DNA of 64,000 bases from an uncultured Gammaproteobacteria bacterium (GTDB lineage Bacteria; Patescibacteriota; Patescibacteriia; Magasanikbacterales; JBBTXJ01): assembly GCA_964636345.1 (NCBI GenBank), contig CAZWRL010000001.1, positions 235 through 64,234 on the forward strand, written 5' to 3'. Both the position numbers and the translations under genes were made by a program. The notes beneath the pieces were generated by a model, which was not told the origin of the DNA, did no database searches, and saw only the letters and a list, made by a program, of their open reading frames with translations. Shown here in pieces: positions 1 to 8,084 of this stretch; positions within the stretch are counted from its first letter, which is position 1, and each line of letters starts with the position of its first letter.

Positions 1-25
1 GTAAAAAGTAATAAAAATAAAAAAT

Positions 26-48
26 GCGGCCTTCTCTCCGAAGGCCGC
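26..48. terminator. GC-rich hairpin (gcggcctt...aaggccgc) downstream of the minus-strand lipoprotein gene 72..728
   Basis: Inverted repeat gcggccttctctccgaaggccgc seen directly, flanked by A/T runs. Confidence 0.35.
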
Positions 49-71
49 TTAGAATTCACATTTTCTGCGTT

Positions 72-728
72 CTATTGTTGTGTGAGAACGAAGTCACATT
101 GAACCCGGAAAAAGACGATGGGATCAACGGTGCCATCACCAAATTCGCCTTCGCAGGTGCCGGAGATTGTCTGGTGATCAAGAGACAAAATGCCGGTGAA
201 GGTGATCCAGTGTTTGCTTTCACCATAAGGAACATCACTGACATAACGGAAGCCAAGTGGCGGTGGATCTATGCGCCCATCGCGCCTCAGATCACCCCAG
301 AGCGGTCCGTCGCCACCTACATTTCCCCAGAGATTGCACCCGTCCTGGTTAAGTGCGGTTTCTGGTGTCAGCCAAAAATTTCGAGCAGCCATCGTGTTGT
401 TCGCAGGATCGAATTGGTAACCAAAGGTTTGCAGATTGCTGATTTCAATCGACCATATCCCCTGAAACCATTGTGGACAGGTGCAGATGCCAGGTTCCTT
501 CGCCCCGCACTCCAGCCCATCCAGACAGGTGTTGCTGGACGATCCGCCGCACGGCTCACCATCGGCGCCAGGCGGACGCACACCCTCTCCCTCGTTCGGA
601 GATCCTTCTCCCTCGTTGCCCTCGTTGCCGCCGTTGTCACTCCCGCCACTCGGCGTCTTGCTCTCCTCGCCACAGGCGGGGAGGAGAAGGCCCAACAGGG
701 CCATGCTCATCAGGTACTTTGACACCAT
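72..728 (-). CDS. Secreted lipoprotein, paralog 1 of 3; Asp-rich Ca-binding (thrombospondin-type-3-like DxDxDG) repeats and a Cys-rich C-terminal domain
   Basis: N-terminus MSMALLGLLLPACGEE is a signal peptide plus lipobox Cys. The N-terminal half is paralogous to ORFs 1557..2315 and 3590..4348, and the C-terminal half diverges. Confidence 0.6.
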   Translation of the reverse strand: MVSKYLMSMALLGLLLPACGEESKTPSGGSDNGGNEGNEGEGSPNEGEGVRPPGADGEPCGGSSSNTCLDGLECGAKEPGICTCPQWFQGIWSIEISNLQTFGYQFDPANNTMAARNFWLTPETALNQDGCNLWGNVGGDGPLWGDLRRDGRIDPPPLGFRYVSDVPYGESKHWITFTGILSLDHQTISGTCEGEFGDGTVDPIVFFRVQCDFVLTQQ

Positions 729-930
729 CTCTCTCCTCCTCGGTTTGTTGTTTCAATTAAACCACCTTTCGCGGGATTTGTCAATAGTATGTCATTGCGA
801 GGAGTCCCGATCACAATCGGGACGACGAAGCAATCTCATTAGATTGCTTCCCCCGGATCAGGTCCGGGGTCGCAATGACACTTTCGTAGAGGTCCATTGG
901 GTTTATGTTGCCTTCGCCGACCATGACCGC

Positions 931-1512
931 ATGCCAATAACCAACATCACCGTTGACTGGGATTTTGACAACCGCATCACCGGCGGTAACCCGGGTAAGT
1001 TCAAGAACAAAAAGACCCGGTGTTCCGCCAACAAAGCGGCAGCTTCTTGCGCGAATAATGTGAATGTCACCTGCTCAAAAGATACGGAATGTTCTGACAA
1101 TGGTCTTGGAGCATGTTCTGGCACTGCGGCTTCCTTTGGCAACTCGTCCGATGCCTGTGAAAAGGGATTCCATGAGTTCTTCGGTTCCTACAACTTCCAA
1201 CCCGATGATACCACCCACTGTAACTACAAGGTTGGAACAAACAACCCTGCCAATGTCACCACAGCCCAGCTCACCAGTTACGGCCTCTCCTTTGGAGACC
1301 GCTACTGCGCCTTTAAACCGAGAGTCATCATCATAGATAACTGGGGGTGGTGTAATGGGACGTGTGATGTGAATGGAGGGTGTTGGGAGAGTGACCGTGA
1401 TAGTGATTTAGCAAATTCTGGTCATTGTACCAATCCCAATCACGATGATTATAAGGCAGGAAAAGTTGGCACGCCATTTGATGGCTGGATAATTGTTGCG
1501 GAGCAGAAATAA
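931..1512 (+). CDS. Cys-rich hypothetical protein with a C-terminal DNWGWCNGT...GWIIVAEQK module; no recognisable signal peptide, so it may be 5'-truncated
   Basis: The 481..1512 ORF is antisense to the 72..728 gene before position 728, and the first ATG after that is at 931. The C-terminal ~90 aa are paralogous to the fragment 3169..3435. Confidence 0.4.
   Translation: MPITNITVDWDFDNRITGGNPGKFKNKKTRCSANKAAASCANNVNVTCSKDTECSDNGLGACSGTAASFGNSSDACEKGFHEFFGSYNFQPDDTTHCNYKVGTNNPANVTTAQLTSYGLSFGDRYCAFKPRVIIIDNWGWCNGTCDVNGGCWESDRDSDLANSGHCTNPNHDDYKAGKVGTPFDGWIIVAEQK
1247..1320. repeat. 74-bp direct repeat, copy 1, inside gene 931..1512; copy 2 is at 3169..3243
   Basis: Near-identical string ccaatgtcaccacagcccagctcaccagttacggcctctcctttggagaccgctactgcgcctt read at both sites. 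Confidence 0.85.
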
Positions 1513-1546
1513 AAAAAGCGGCTTCCCCCCAAAAGCCGCTTACGAA
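1513..1546. terminator. Bidirectional intrinsic terminator hairpin between convergent genes (aaaaaagcggcttcccccc aaaagccgctt)
   Basis: Stem gcggctt/aagccgc with an A-run upstream and T-rich sequence on the other strand. A homologous hairpin lies at 3556..3589. Confidence 0.5.
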
Positions 1547-1556
1547 CATGTACTAC

Positions 1557-2315
1557 CTACTCGCGCCGCGTGAGCACGAACGTACAGGTGATGGGAAAGA
1601 GATTCCGGCCGGTATGCCAGCCAGGATATTCCCCGGTGCAAGTTCCCTGGACGGATTTTCCATCCGCCGATACCTGTCCAGTTGACTGGAGTGAATGCTC
1701 CTGATTGTCGCCAGCATCCCAAGTCCGTTTGTAGGAAAAACTCAGGGAGGGTAGTTTGAGCTCCCCACTTCCGTCATCCCTTGCCCACAGAAACTGCAGA
1801 TCCGGACCTCGGATCACGCACCCATCCTGTTCAAAAGTAACCTCCTGCTCGCTCCAAAACTGCCGATCCAGCCCGGGAGCCATGAAATCGTACTCCTCCC
1901 CGTCGGTGCGCCGCACCTCCGTGAACTCCGCCCACCACGTCCCCTCCATCCACTGGGGACAGGTGCAGATGTCGGGTTTCTCTGCCTCGGCTCCGCACTG
2001 GAAACCATCCTGGCAGGTTCCGCCATCTCCGCAAAGCTCCGAGTCCGCTCCGGGAGGAATCCCATCCACCTTTCCGTCGCAGTCATTGTCCTTGCCGTCG
2101 GCAACCTCCTTGGCGCCCGGATTGATGCGCGGGTCGCTGTCGTCGCAGTCGTTCTGTACTTCTCCGCAGTAAGGCCAGAAATCTCCATCCTTGTCGTTGA
2201 TGTCGGCGTCGACGGAGGTGCACGCGCCTTCTTCTCCACCACCCGACGTCTTGCTCTCCTCGCCACAGGCGGGGAGCCCCAGGCCCACCAGGGCCATGAA
2301 AAGAACGTGCCGCAT
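1557..2315 (-). CDS. Secreted lipoprotein, paralog 2 of 3 (Ca-binding DxDxDG repeats, variable C-terminal domain)
   Basis: MALVGLGLPACGEE signal plus lipobox. About 125 N-terminal aa are almost identical to ORF 3590..4348; DNDCDGKVDG-type repeats. Confidence 0.65.
   Translation of the reverse strand: MRHVLFMALVGLGLPACGEESKTSGGGEEGACTSVDADINDKDGDFWPYCGEVQNDCDDSDPRINPGAKEVADGKDNDCDGKVDGIPPGADSELCGDGGTCQDGFQCGAEAEKPDICTCPQWMEGTWWAEFTEVRRTDGEEYDFMAPGLDRQFWSEQEVTFEQDGCVIRGPDLQFLWARDDGSGELKLPSLSFSYKRTWDAGDNQEHSLQSTGQVSADGKSVQGTCTGEYPGWHTGRNLFPITCTFVLTRRE
1930..2296. repeat. ~367-bp near-identical direct repeat (copy 1) covering the 5' coding half of lipoprotein paralog 2
   Basis: Copies 1930..2296 and 3961..4327 compared by eye; only a few mismatches. 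Confidence 0.8.
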
Positions 2316-2422
2316 CTTCTCTCCCTCCTCGGTTTTTTTGCCCCCCTTCTAGGGGGTGTTGTTTTTATTTCTCTACCTATTGTACTACAGGTAGCCATCC
2401 ATTAAACCATATACAGAGAGAT

Positions 2423-2451
2423 TTGTCAAGTGGTATTGATTGTGCTATCTT
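2423..2451 (+). promoter_or_regulatory. Candidate sigma70 promoter (TTGTCA, 17 bp, TATCTT) placing a transcription start ~2 nt before ATG 2460, i.e. a leaderless HEPN transcript
   Basis: Hexamers read directly; no SD before ATG 2460. Confidence 0.3.
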
Positions 2452-2459
2452 TACTGTGT

Positions 2460-2870
2460 ATGAAGGAAATAACGAGAAAGTGGGTTCTTTTTGCCCGGGC
2501 AGATCTTGATGCGGCAGAGCTCCAGTTTCGTTATGGCGGCAAACGCGGCAGTGCCTATCAGATTGCAGTGTTCCACTGTCATCAGGCAATCGAGAAGCTC
2601 TTGAAAGCACACTTCATTGAACAGGATAAAGAAGTGAGAAAGAATCATGATTTGATTCAGCTTCGGACAGAAATCAATTTAGAGTTTCCCAAAGAGCTTT
2701 CAGTAATAATTGAAAATCTGCATCCCCACTATCTGCTCCCTCGTTATCCGGATTTAGCATTTAGACCCGCATTTTCATTCTCGTACACCCGTTCAAACAC
2801 CCGAAAAATTTTATCTGACACCAGTAAATTATTCCTATGGCTCGAACGACTTTTAAAGAAAAAAAAATAA
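2460..2870 (+). CDS. HEPN-domain protein (toxin partner of a HEPN/MNT module); alternative GTG start at 2430
   Basis: HEPN-like features (CHQAIEKLLKA helix, LLPRYPD motif). Overlaps the downstream nucleotidyltransferase gene by 34 nt. Confidence 0.55.
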   Translation: MKEITRKWVLFARADLDAAELQFRYGGKRGSAYQIAVFHCHQAIEKLLKAHFIEQDKEVRKNHDLIQLRTEINLEFPKELSVIIENLHPHYLLPRYPDLAFRPAFSFSYTRSNTRKILSDTSKLFLWLERLLKKKK

Positions 2871-3169
2871 TCAGTGCCTATCAGAAAAGTTTAGAACCGT
2901 ATTTGCGGTTAGACGGCGTTTTCGTGTTTGGTAGTACCGCGCGTGGGGAACGGACGTCATCAAGCGATCTTGATGTTATTGTATTATCACGGGATTTTAA
3001 AAAAATGTCTTTCATGCGCCGCCTTCGATTATTGAACCGTCTTCGTTCGGGCCCAGCGCTTCATGTTCCTATGGATATTATCGGGTTTACGCCGGATGAG
3101 TTTAAATCATTGAAAACAAGCGAATCTCCAAATCTGCGACGGGTGTACCATGAGGCAAAAAAAATGTAG
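2837..3169 (+). CDS. Minimal nucleotidyltransferase (MNT, pol-beta superfamily); partner of the HEPN protein
   Basis: GS...DLDV motif: FGSTARGERTSSSDLDVIV. Confidence 0.7.
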   Translation: MARTTFKEKKIISAYQKSLEPYLRLDGVFVFGSTARGERTSSSDLDVIVLSRDFKKMSFMRRLRLLNRLRSGPALHVPMDIIGFTPDEFKSLKTSESPNLRRVYHEAKKM

Positions 3170-3435
3170 CCAATGTCACCACAGCCCAGCTCACCAGTTA
3201 CGGCCTCTCCTTTGGAGACCGCTACTGCGCCTTCAAACCGCGCGTGATTGTGGTGGATAACTGGGGATGGTGTAATGGGACGGATGCACAGGGTGCGATA
3301 AAAGGATATTGGGGCAATCCGGATGCGCAACAGGCGGAACATAATATTTGTACAAATAAAGATGCCGATGATTATATGGATGGTTTGATTGGAACTAAAT
3401 TTAGTGGATGGATTGTAGTGGCAGAGCAGAAATAG
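3169..3435 (+). pseudogene. Promoterless, start-less duplicate of the 3' module of gene 931..1512, with a divergent middle segment and conserved GWIVVAEQK end
   Basis: Homology begins at the last base of the MNT stop codon. The reading frame is open from 3154 but has no ATG; the only possible initiator is GTG 3244. A repeat shared with 1247..1320 precedes a variable block. Confidence 0.5.
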
Positions 3436-3555
3436 TTCTCATCCCGGACTCGCCGCGAGATCCGGGATCCAGTCAATTGATGGGTTCCGGGGGGGGGCCT
3501 GACGGGCCGAGCGAGCGCAGGCCCAGGAGTCCGGAATGACACATGCTGAAAAATA

Positions 3556-3589
3556 AAAAAGAGCGGCTCCCCCCAAAGCCGCTCGCGCA
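3556..3589. terminator. Bidirectional terminator hairpin (aaaaaagagcggctcccccc aaagccgctc), homologous to 1513..1546
   Basis: Inverted repeat and A/T runs seen directly. Confidence 0.45.
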
Positions 3590-4348
3590 CTAGTCACGCC
3601 GTGTGAGCGTGAAACTACACTCCACATTGAAGAAGGTATCTGGTCGCGTGGACACGTCCGGATACGTTCCGGAACAGGTGCCAGCAACAACCTGATTATC
3701 AGGAGCCATGTTACCCGTGAACGTAATCCACGCTTCGCCTTCAAGGCTACCCACTTCTCTCTTCCAGAGAAATCCGTTTGGTGGCGGATCCATCTTTCCT
3801 TCGCCAGCGTTTCCTGTTGAGAACGGCCAGTTTTCCGCTGGCCTGATCAAGGTACACCCATCCTGTTGGATGTCAACCTCTCGGTTCTCCCAGAACTGGC
3901 GAGAAATGTCGTGGGCGTTGAAGTCATACTCGTAGTCCACAGCATGGGCTGTAAACTCCACCCACCACGTCCCCTCCATCCACTGGGGACAGGTGCAGAT
4001 GTCGGGATTTTCCGTCTCCGCTCCGCACTGGAAACCATCCTGGCAGGTTCTGCCATCTCCGCAAAGCTCCGAGTCCGCTCCGGGAGGAATCCCATCCACC
4101 TTTCCGTCGCAGTCATTGTCCTTGCCGTCGGCAACCTCCTTGGCGCCCGGATTGATGCGCGGGTCGCTGTCGTCGCAGTCGTTCTGTACTTCTCCGCAGT
4201 AAGGCCAGAAATCTCCATCCTTGTCGTTGATGTCGGCGTCGACGGAGGTGCACGCGCCTTCTTCTCCACCACCCGACGTCTTGCTCTCCTCGCCACAGGC
4301 GGGGAGCCCCAGGCCCACCAGGGCCATGCTCATCAGGTACTTTGACAC
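3590..4348 (-). CDS. Secreted lipoprotein, paralog 3 of 3 (Ca-binding repeats, variable C-terminal domain)
   Basis: MSMALVGLGLPACGEE. N-terminal half ~identical to paralog 2; C-terminal half distinct. Confidence 0.65.
   Translation of the reverse strand: MSKYLMSMALVGLGLPACGEESKTSGGGEEGACTSVDADINDKDGDFWPYCGEVQNDCDDSDPRINPGAKEVADGKDNDCDGKVDGIPPGADSELCGDGRTCQDGFQCGAETENPDICTCPQWMEGTWWVEFTAHAVDYEYDFNAHDISRQFWENREVDIQQDGCTLIRPAENWPFSTGNAGEGKMDPPPNGFLWKREVGSLEGEAWITFTGNMAPDNQVVAGTCSGTYPDVSTRPDTFFNVECSFTLTRRD
3961..4327. repeat. ~367-bp near-identical direct repeat (copy 2) covering the 5' coding half of lipoprotein paralog 3
   Basis: Matches 1930..2296. Confidence 0.8.
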
Positions 4349-4528
4349 CGTCTCTCTCCTCCCCGGTTTTGTTGGATTCTATCGCCCTGCTTCGCTAAAG
4401 CTACGCAGGACCCCAGAATGACGTTGTTTTTTGTTACCACCGTAGCCCCAGTAAATCACAGACGGGGGAGTTAGTCAAGAGCCAATAAGTCGACGGTGAT
4501 TTACTTTTAAGAATTTGTGGATAATTTA

Positions 4529-4882
4529 TTAGGTAAAGAAGCGATCATTATAATATCTTTTTTGCGGTGAGAAGGTGCGGTGATAAAACTTTCCGAGCCG
4601 CTCAAGATCGTGTGGTTTTAGATTAAGTCCCACTTCCTCTTTTATCTCACGCAGCGCGGCTTGCAAATAGGTCTCTCCCTTGCGCACATGTCCGGCAACT
4701 AAATGGTCAAGATAACCCCCGTCACGCTTTTGCACTAAAATTTGTCTAGCCGCATTGATTAAGTACGCTGCGATCTCCCGATGTCGCAGTTGTTTGCCAT
4801 GTATGATCTGGGAAGGAAGATGCTGAATTACGCGATCATTTTTGTCCACCACCGGGATGAGTTCGAGCATAGGAGATGCCAC
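4529..4882 (-). CDS. Nudix hydrolase
   Basis: Nudix box GHVRKGETYLQAALREIKEEVGL (GX5EX7REUXEEXGU). Confidence 0.75.
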   Translation of the reverse strand: MASPMLELIPVVDKNDRVIQHLPSQIIHGKQLRHREIAAYLINAARQILVQKRDGGYLDHLVAGHVRKGETYLQAALREIKEEVGLNLKPHDLERLGKFYHRTFSPQKRYYNDRFFT

Positions 4883-5021
4883 TAATTAAGATCACAGTGT
4901 AATCATGATATCCGGAAGGCGACCGACTGTCAATTTAACGATATCCGCTGTTCAACCCCCGAACATAATTGACAGTACTTAACATAAGGTGTAGGATTAT
5001 TACACGTTACATGGAGGAACC

Positions 5022-5906
5022 ATGAGAGAAAAACTCGATGATCTTTTACATGCGCTTCAGGCGGCGCAAACGGCGGTAATACCTTATCTTGGAAATGGCT
5101 CGGTATTTGATATCGACGCAGCTGCAACAAACGCGTTGCGAGCCACGCTTCAATCTTGCACATGGGGCATGCGTGTAGCAATTGGCGAGGGGCGCAACGA
5201 CGATATGCCGGGACTTTTTCGTGATGAGTTCCTTGGCAACGGTCCGTTCTTGCACGAGATTGCGGTTGACCCGATTGATGGCACAACTCCTGCTGCTAAT
5301 CTGGGCATGCAACAACAATGGAAACAAGGGCAAGTCGTGAGTGCGCTTGCGCTTGCGCCCATAGGTACGATTTATTATCCTTCGGGATCTGAACGGCGCA
5401 TGGAACGTATCGCCGCGCCAGGCAAGGGGTATGAGCTATCGCTGGATGCGTCTCCAGCCGAGAATGTGGAGCGTATCGCGGCAGCGCTTCGCTGTGCGCG
5501 TCAAGAACTCACCGCAATTGTAGTGTCACCGCATCGCAACGGTGCGTTGATTGAGGAGTTGAAGAAAATCGGCTTGCCGATTCTGACGCCGAAGTGCGGG
5601 CTTGGTCTTGAGCTTGCGGCGTTCATTCCACGTCTTCTAGATAGGCATCACATTGTCTATGGCATTGGCGGCGAGCCAGAAACAGTGGTGTTGGCCGCGG
5701 CGGTGCGTGCGAGCGGTGGAACCCTTCTCGCGCGATTGTGGTGTCTGGACGAGGAAGAACGCCAAGCATTTGTCACAGTCGGTACGGATGTCACCCGCGT
5801 GTATCAAGAGAATGAACTAGTGCGAGGATCTTGCGGTGTTGTAGCGGTAGGAATTACGGATGGACCAATTCCTACCGAAGGCGTGGTTCTTAGCGAGGAA
5901 AAGTGA
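5022..5906 (+). CDS. glpX: Fructose-1,6-bisphosphatase class II (GlpX-like)
   Basis: GlpX-family motifs AIGEGR and HEIAVDPIDGTT (compare VDIAVDPIEGT); ~290 aa. Confidence 0.7.
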   Translation: MREKLDDLLHALQAAQTAVIPYLGNGSVFDIDAAATNALRATLQSCTWGMRVAIGEGRNDDMPGLFRDEFLGNGPFLHEIAVDPIDGTTPAANLGMQQQWKQGQVVSALALAPIGTIYYPSGSERRMERIAAPGKGYELSLDASPAENVERIAAALRCARQELTAIVVSPHRNGALIEELKKIGLPILTPKCGLGLELAAFIPRLLDRHHIVYGIGGEPETVVLAAAVRASGGTLLARLWCLDEEERQAFVTVGTDVTRVYQENELVRGSCGVVAVGITDGPIPTEGVVLSEEK

Positions 5907-5928
5907 AGGTGGTTAGTGATACCGCCTT

Positions 5929-6561
5929 TTATTTTTTGAAAAGTTTAATTTTCCGGAAGATATGGGTAACTGGGGGCGTGAAGTGAAGACGCGCCATTTG
6001 AGATTTTGTATACCACCGCAGGTGTATAGATTCATGCGGGTTTTTCTTGATCTTTCCTTTCGCATGGATAAGGTAGAGGCGCCAGAAATGCTTATTCACA
6101 CCCCGGGTGCATGGATCTGGATCAATCAGGCCTTGAAAAATGAGTTGTTTATCTTTAATAGTAAGTCCGGTCTCCTCTTTTACTTCGCGCGCGAGCGCCT
6201 TAATCATTGTTTCATGTTTATCAACGTGGCCGCCGATAGTGGCATAGAGGAATGGCCAGTGGGTACGCTTGGAGATAAGATATTTTCCATTTTGTTCAAT
6301 GAGCGCGCCCGCAGAAAAATGAATTGGACCTTGCGCGGTATGGCGCACCTTAGTCGGCCCCGTCAGCTCTATAAAACGTGGATTGGTCTTACCGCACGCA
6401 CGACAGTGAAACAGTAAATACTTACCTTTGTGAAGCACTTTTAGCTTAGGTGATTTACAGATAAAACATCCGCGAATTTCTTTAGTCATACAAATAGATT
6501 GTGCCTTGTACATCCAAAAAAAGAAAGGGCTGAGTAGGCCCTTGGAGAAGAACGTATGCAC
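5929..6561 (-). CDS. Nudix hydrolase with an N-terminal CxxC...CxxC zinc ribbon
   Basis: CFICKSP...CRACGK zinc ribbon, then Nudix box GGHVDKHETMIKALAREVKEETGL. Confidence 0.7.
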   Translation of the reverse strand: MHTFFSKGLLSPFFFWMYKAQSICMTKEIRGCFICKSPKLKVLHKGKYLLFHCRACGKTNPRFIELTGPTKVRHTAQGPIHFSAGALIEQNGKYLISKRTHWPFLYATIGGHVDKHETMIKALAREVKEETGLTIKDKQLIFQGLIDPDPCTRGVNKHFWRLYLIHAKGKIKKNPHESIHLRWYTKSQMARLHFTPPVTHIFRKIKLFKK

Positions 6562-6562
6562 T

Positions 6563-7156
6563 CTAGGCGACTGAACGCCACCATTCTAGAATTTTGGCCG
6601 TCTGTTCATCCAGGGTGGAGCCACCGTTGTTATTGTGCAGAAGCAGTCGTCTCGTCATGCCGGATTGCGCAAATGCCTGACGGAAAAGGTCGCGTTTCTC
6701 AATGAGCGTTGGAAGGGAACGATCAGCGTGGCCAGAGGTGCCCCGAGGATTTGCCGCGTGACGCGCCTCCAGCGTGGCATCGTCAACATCAAGTAGCACA
6801 AGACCCACTTTCAACCGGTTCAATTCGTCATCCAGCACGCGGTAGTCCTGCACAATCCCAAGGTAGAGCTGGCAGTAGACAATGTCGGTAAGGTGCAGTC
6901 GAACAATGAGGAGCTCATCGTGTTTCACCGCCGCGATCAAGGGAAGGTGCGCTTCGCTTCTTTCTCTGAAATATTGCGAAAGCGCTTCTGTTCCATGCGC
7001 TTGCAGCGCTTTGCGGTAATATCCACTTGTTCTGATCACCACTGCATTTTTACAGGTTTGCAGGAGCGTTGCAAGCATAGCATCTTTTCCGCAATAGTTT
7101 GATCCCTCAATGATGATGCGTGGAGGGATGAGTTGCATGTTGCTCTCTCCTTTCAC
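6563..7156 (-). CDS. Hypothetical protein; possible degenerate P-loop nucleoside/nucleotide-kinase fold
   Basis: Weak Walker-A-like IEGSNYCGKD near the N-terminus; no confident family assignment. Confidence 0.3.
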   Translation of the reverse strand: MKGESNMQLIPPRIIIEGSNYCGKDAMLATLLQTCKNAVVIRTSGYYRKALQAHGTEALSQYFRERSEAHLPLIAAVKHDELLIVRLHLTDIVYCQLYLGIVQDYRVLDDELNRLKVGLVLLDVDDATLEARHAANPRGTSGHADRSLPTLIEKRDLFRQAFAQSGMTRRLLLHNNNGGSTLDEQTAKILEWWRSVA

Positions 7157-7220
7157 TACTTTAAGCGTATCATTTCTATTCTAACGTGTCAATTCCTTAT
7201 TTGCGTAAGCGATATTAATA

Positions 7221-8015
7221 ATGTATTATGCAAATTCACTTATGCTTCGTCTCATGCTCTACAACATTTATAAGGGCAGTGGCAAGCGCGTACCGTTCAT
7301 TGCAAAAATAGTAAAAGATGCAAAACCTGACATGTTAGGTTTACTTGAAACAGTGGCATGGGGAGAAAATGAACTCCAGAGATTTGCGCGTGTATCGGGA
7401 CTGCCACACACATTTTTAGGGAAAGCCAACACAAAGTATGATATGGCGCTTTTAGGCGTGCATACTCCGCAAGAGGTCGTCAATATACAAGAAGGATTCT
7501 GGCATACGGTTATCCGTGCGGTCTACCAAATTACTTCGATTGAAGATCTCGCGATCTTTCTCGTCCATCTCAATCCCAAGGATACAGATGCCCGACTCAA
7601 GGAGGTACGGCGATTGGTTGAACTGACTCGCTCGTATCGCCACACGGTGATTATGGGGGATTTCAATTCACTTTCACCACATGATCCTTACGACCATAAA
7701 GCGCTTCTTAAACTTCTACGCAAACAGAATATTGAGAAATTTGGTGTAGGGCAGCTTCGATTTGATTGTATAAAATTTGTTGAAGCCCAAGGGTTTATAG
7801 ATGTAATGTCTACGCTGAACAAACCATTTACTTCCACGGTTCCAACTCCAATGAATGTAGACAAAATGCATGCCGCCCCACTTCGGCTTGATTATGTATT
7901 TATCTCCGAAGGGCTCAGACCGTTCCTGCGTGATGCGACAACGCTCACGACTCCACTGGCGGACAGCGCTTCAGATCACTATCCTCTCTTGGTTGATTTC
8001 GATTTAGTGCAATAA
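7221..8015 (+). CDS. Endonuclease/exonuclease/phosphatase (EEP) family protein
   Basis: C-terminal SDHYPL motif characteristic of EEP enzymes; size ~260 aa. Confidence 0.6.
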   Translation: MYYANSLMLRLMLYNIYKGSGKRVPFIAKIVKDAKPDMLGLLETVAWGENELQRFARVSGLPHTFLGKANTKYDMALLGVHTPQEVVNIQEGFWHTVIRAVYQITSIEDLAIFLVHLNPKDTDARLKEVRRLVELTRSYRHTVIMGDFNSLSPHDPYDHKALLKLLRKQNIEKFGVGQLRFDCIKFVEAQGFIDVMSTLNKPFTSTVPTPMNVDKMHAAPLRLDYVFISEGLRPFLRDATTLTTPLADSASDHYPLLVDFDLVQ

Positions 8016-8084
8016 GTTCTGGTTTGTGCTTGACATTCTCCGCGCTTTGGCGTTTACTAGAAGAGGGCAAGCCAAGGAGGATGT

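Noticed and set aside
481-930. 5' part of the long plus-strand ORF 481..1512 (also ORFs 473..760, 368..673)
   Set aside because: Antisense to the paralog-supported lipoprotein gene 72..728, proline/serine-rich and low-complexity, with no signal peptide. The plus-strand gene most plausibly starts at ATG 931.
1814-4345. Overlapping ORFs inside the lipoprotein genes (1814..2398 -, 1756..2172 +, 3847..4296 -, 3866..4345 +, 4221..4421 +)
   Set aside because: Arg/Pro/Ala-rich translations typical of off-frame reading of GC-rich, Asp-codon-rich DNA. The paralogous, signal-peptide-bearing frame is the coding one.
4453-4508. 9-bp inverted repeat gtaaatcac...gtgatttac with ~38-nt spacer in the 4349..4528 intergenic region
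   Set aside because: Loop too long and no T-run for a terminator; no matching half-sites elsewhere. Could be an operator, but there is insufficient evidence.
4930-5362. Minus-strand ORFs 4930..5286, 5046..5333, 5150..5362
   Set aside because: They overlap the motif-supported glpX gene on the opposite strand and have no recognisable features.
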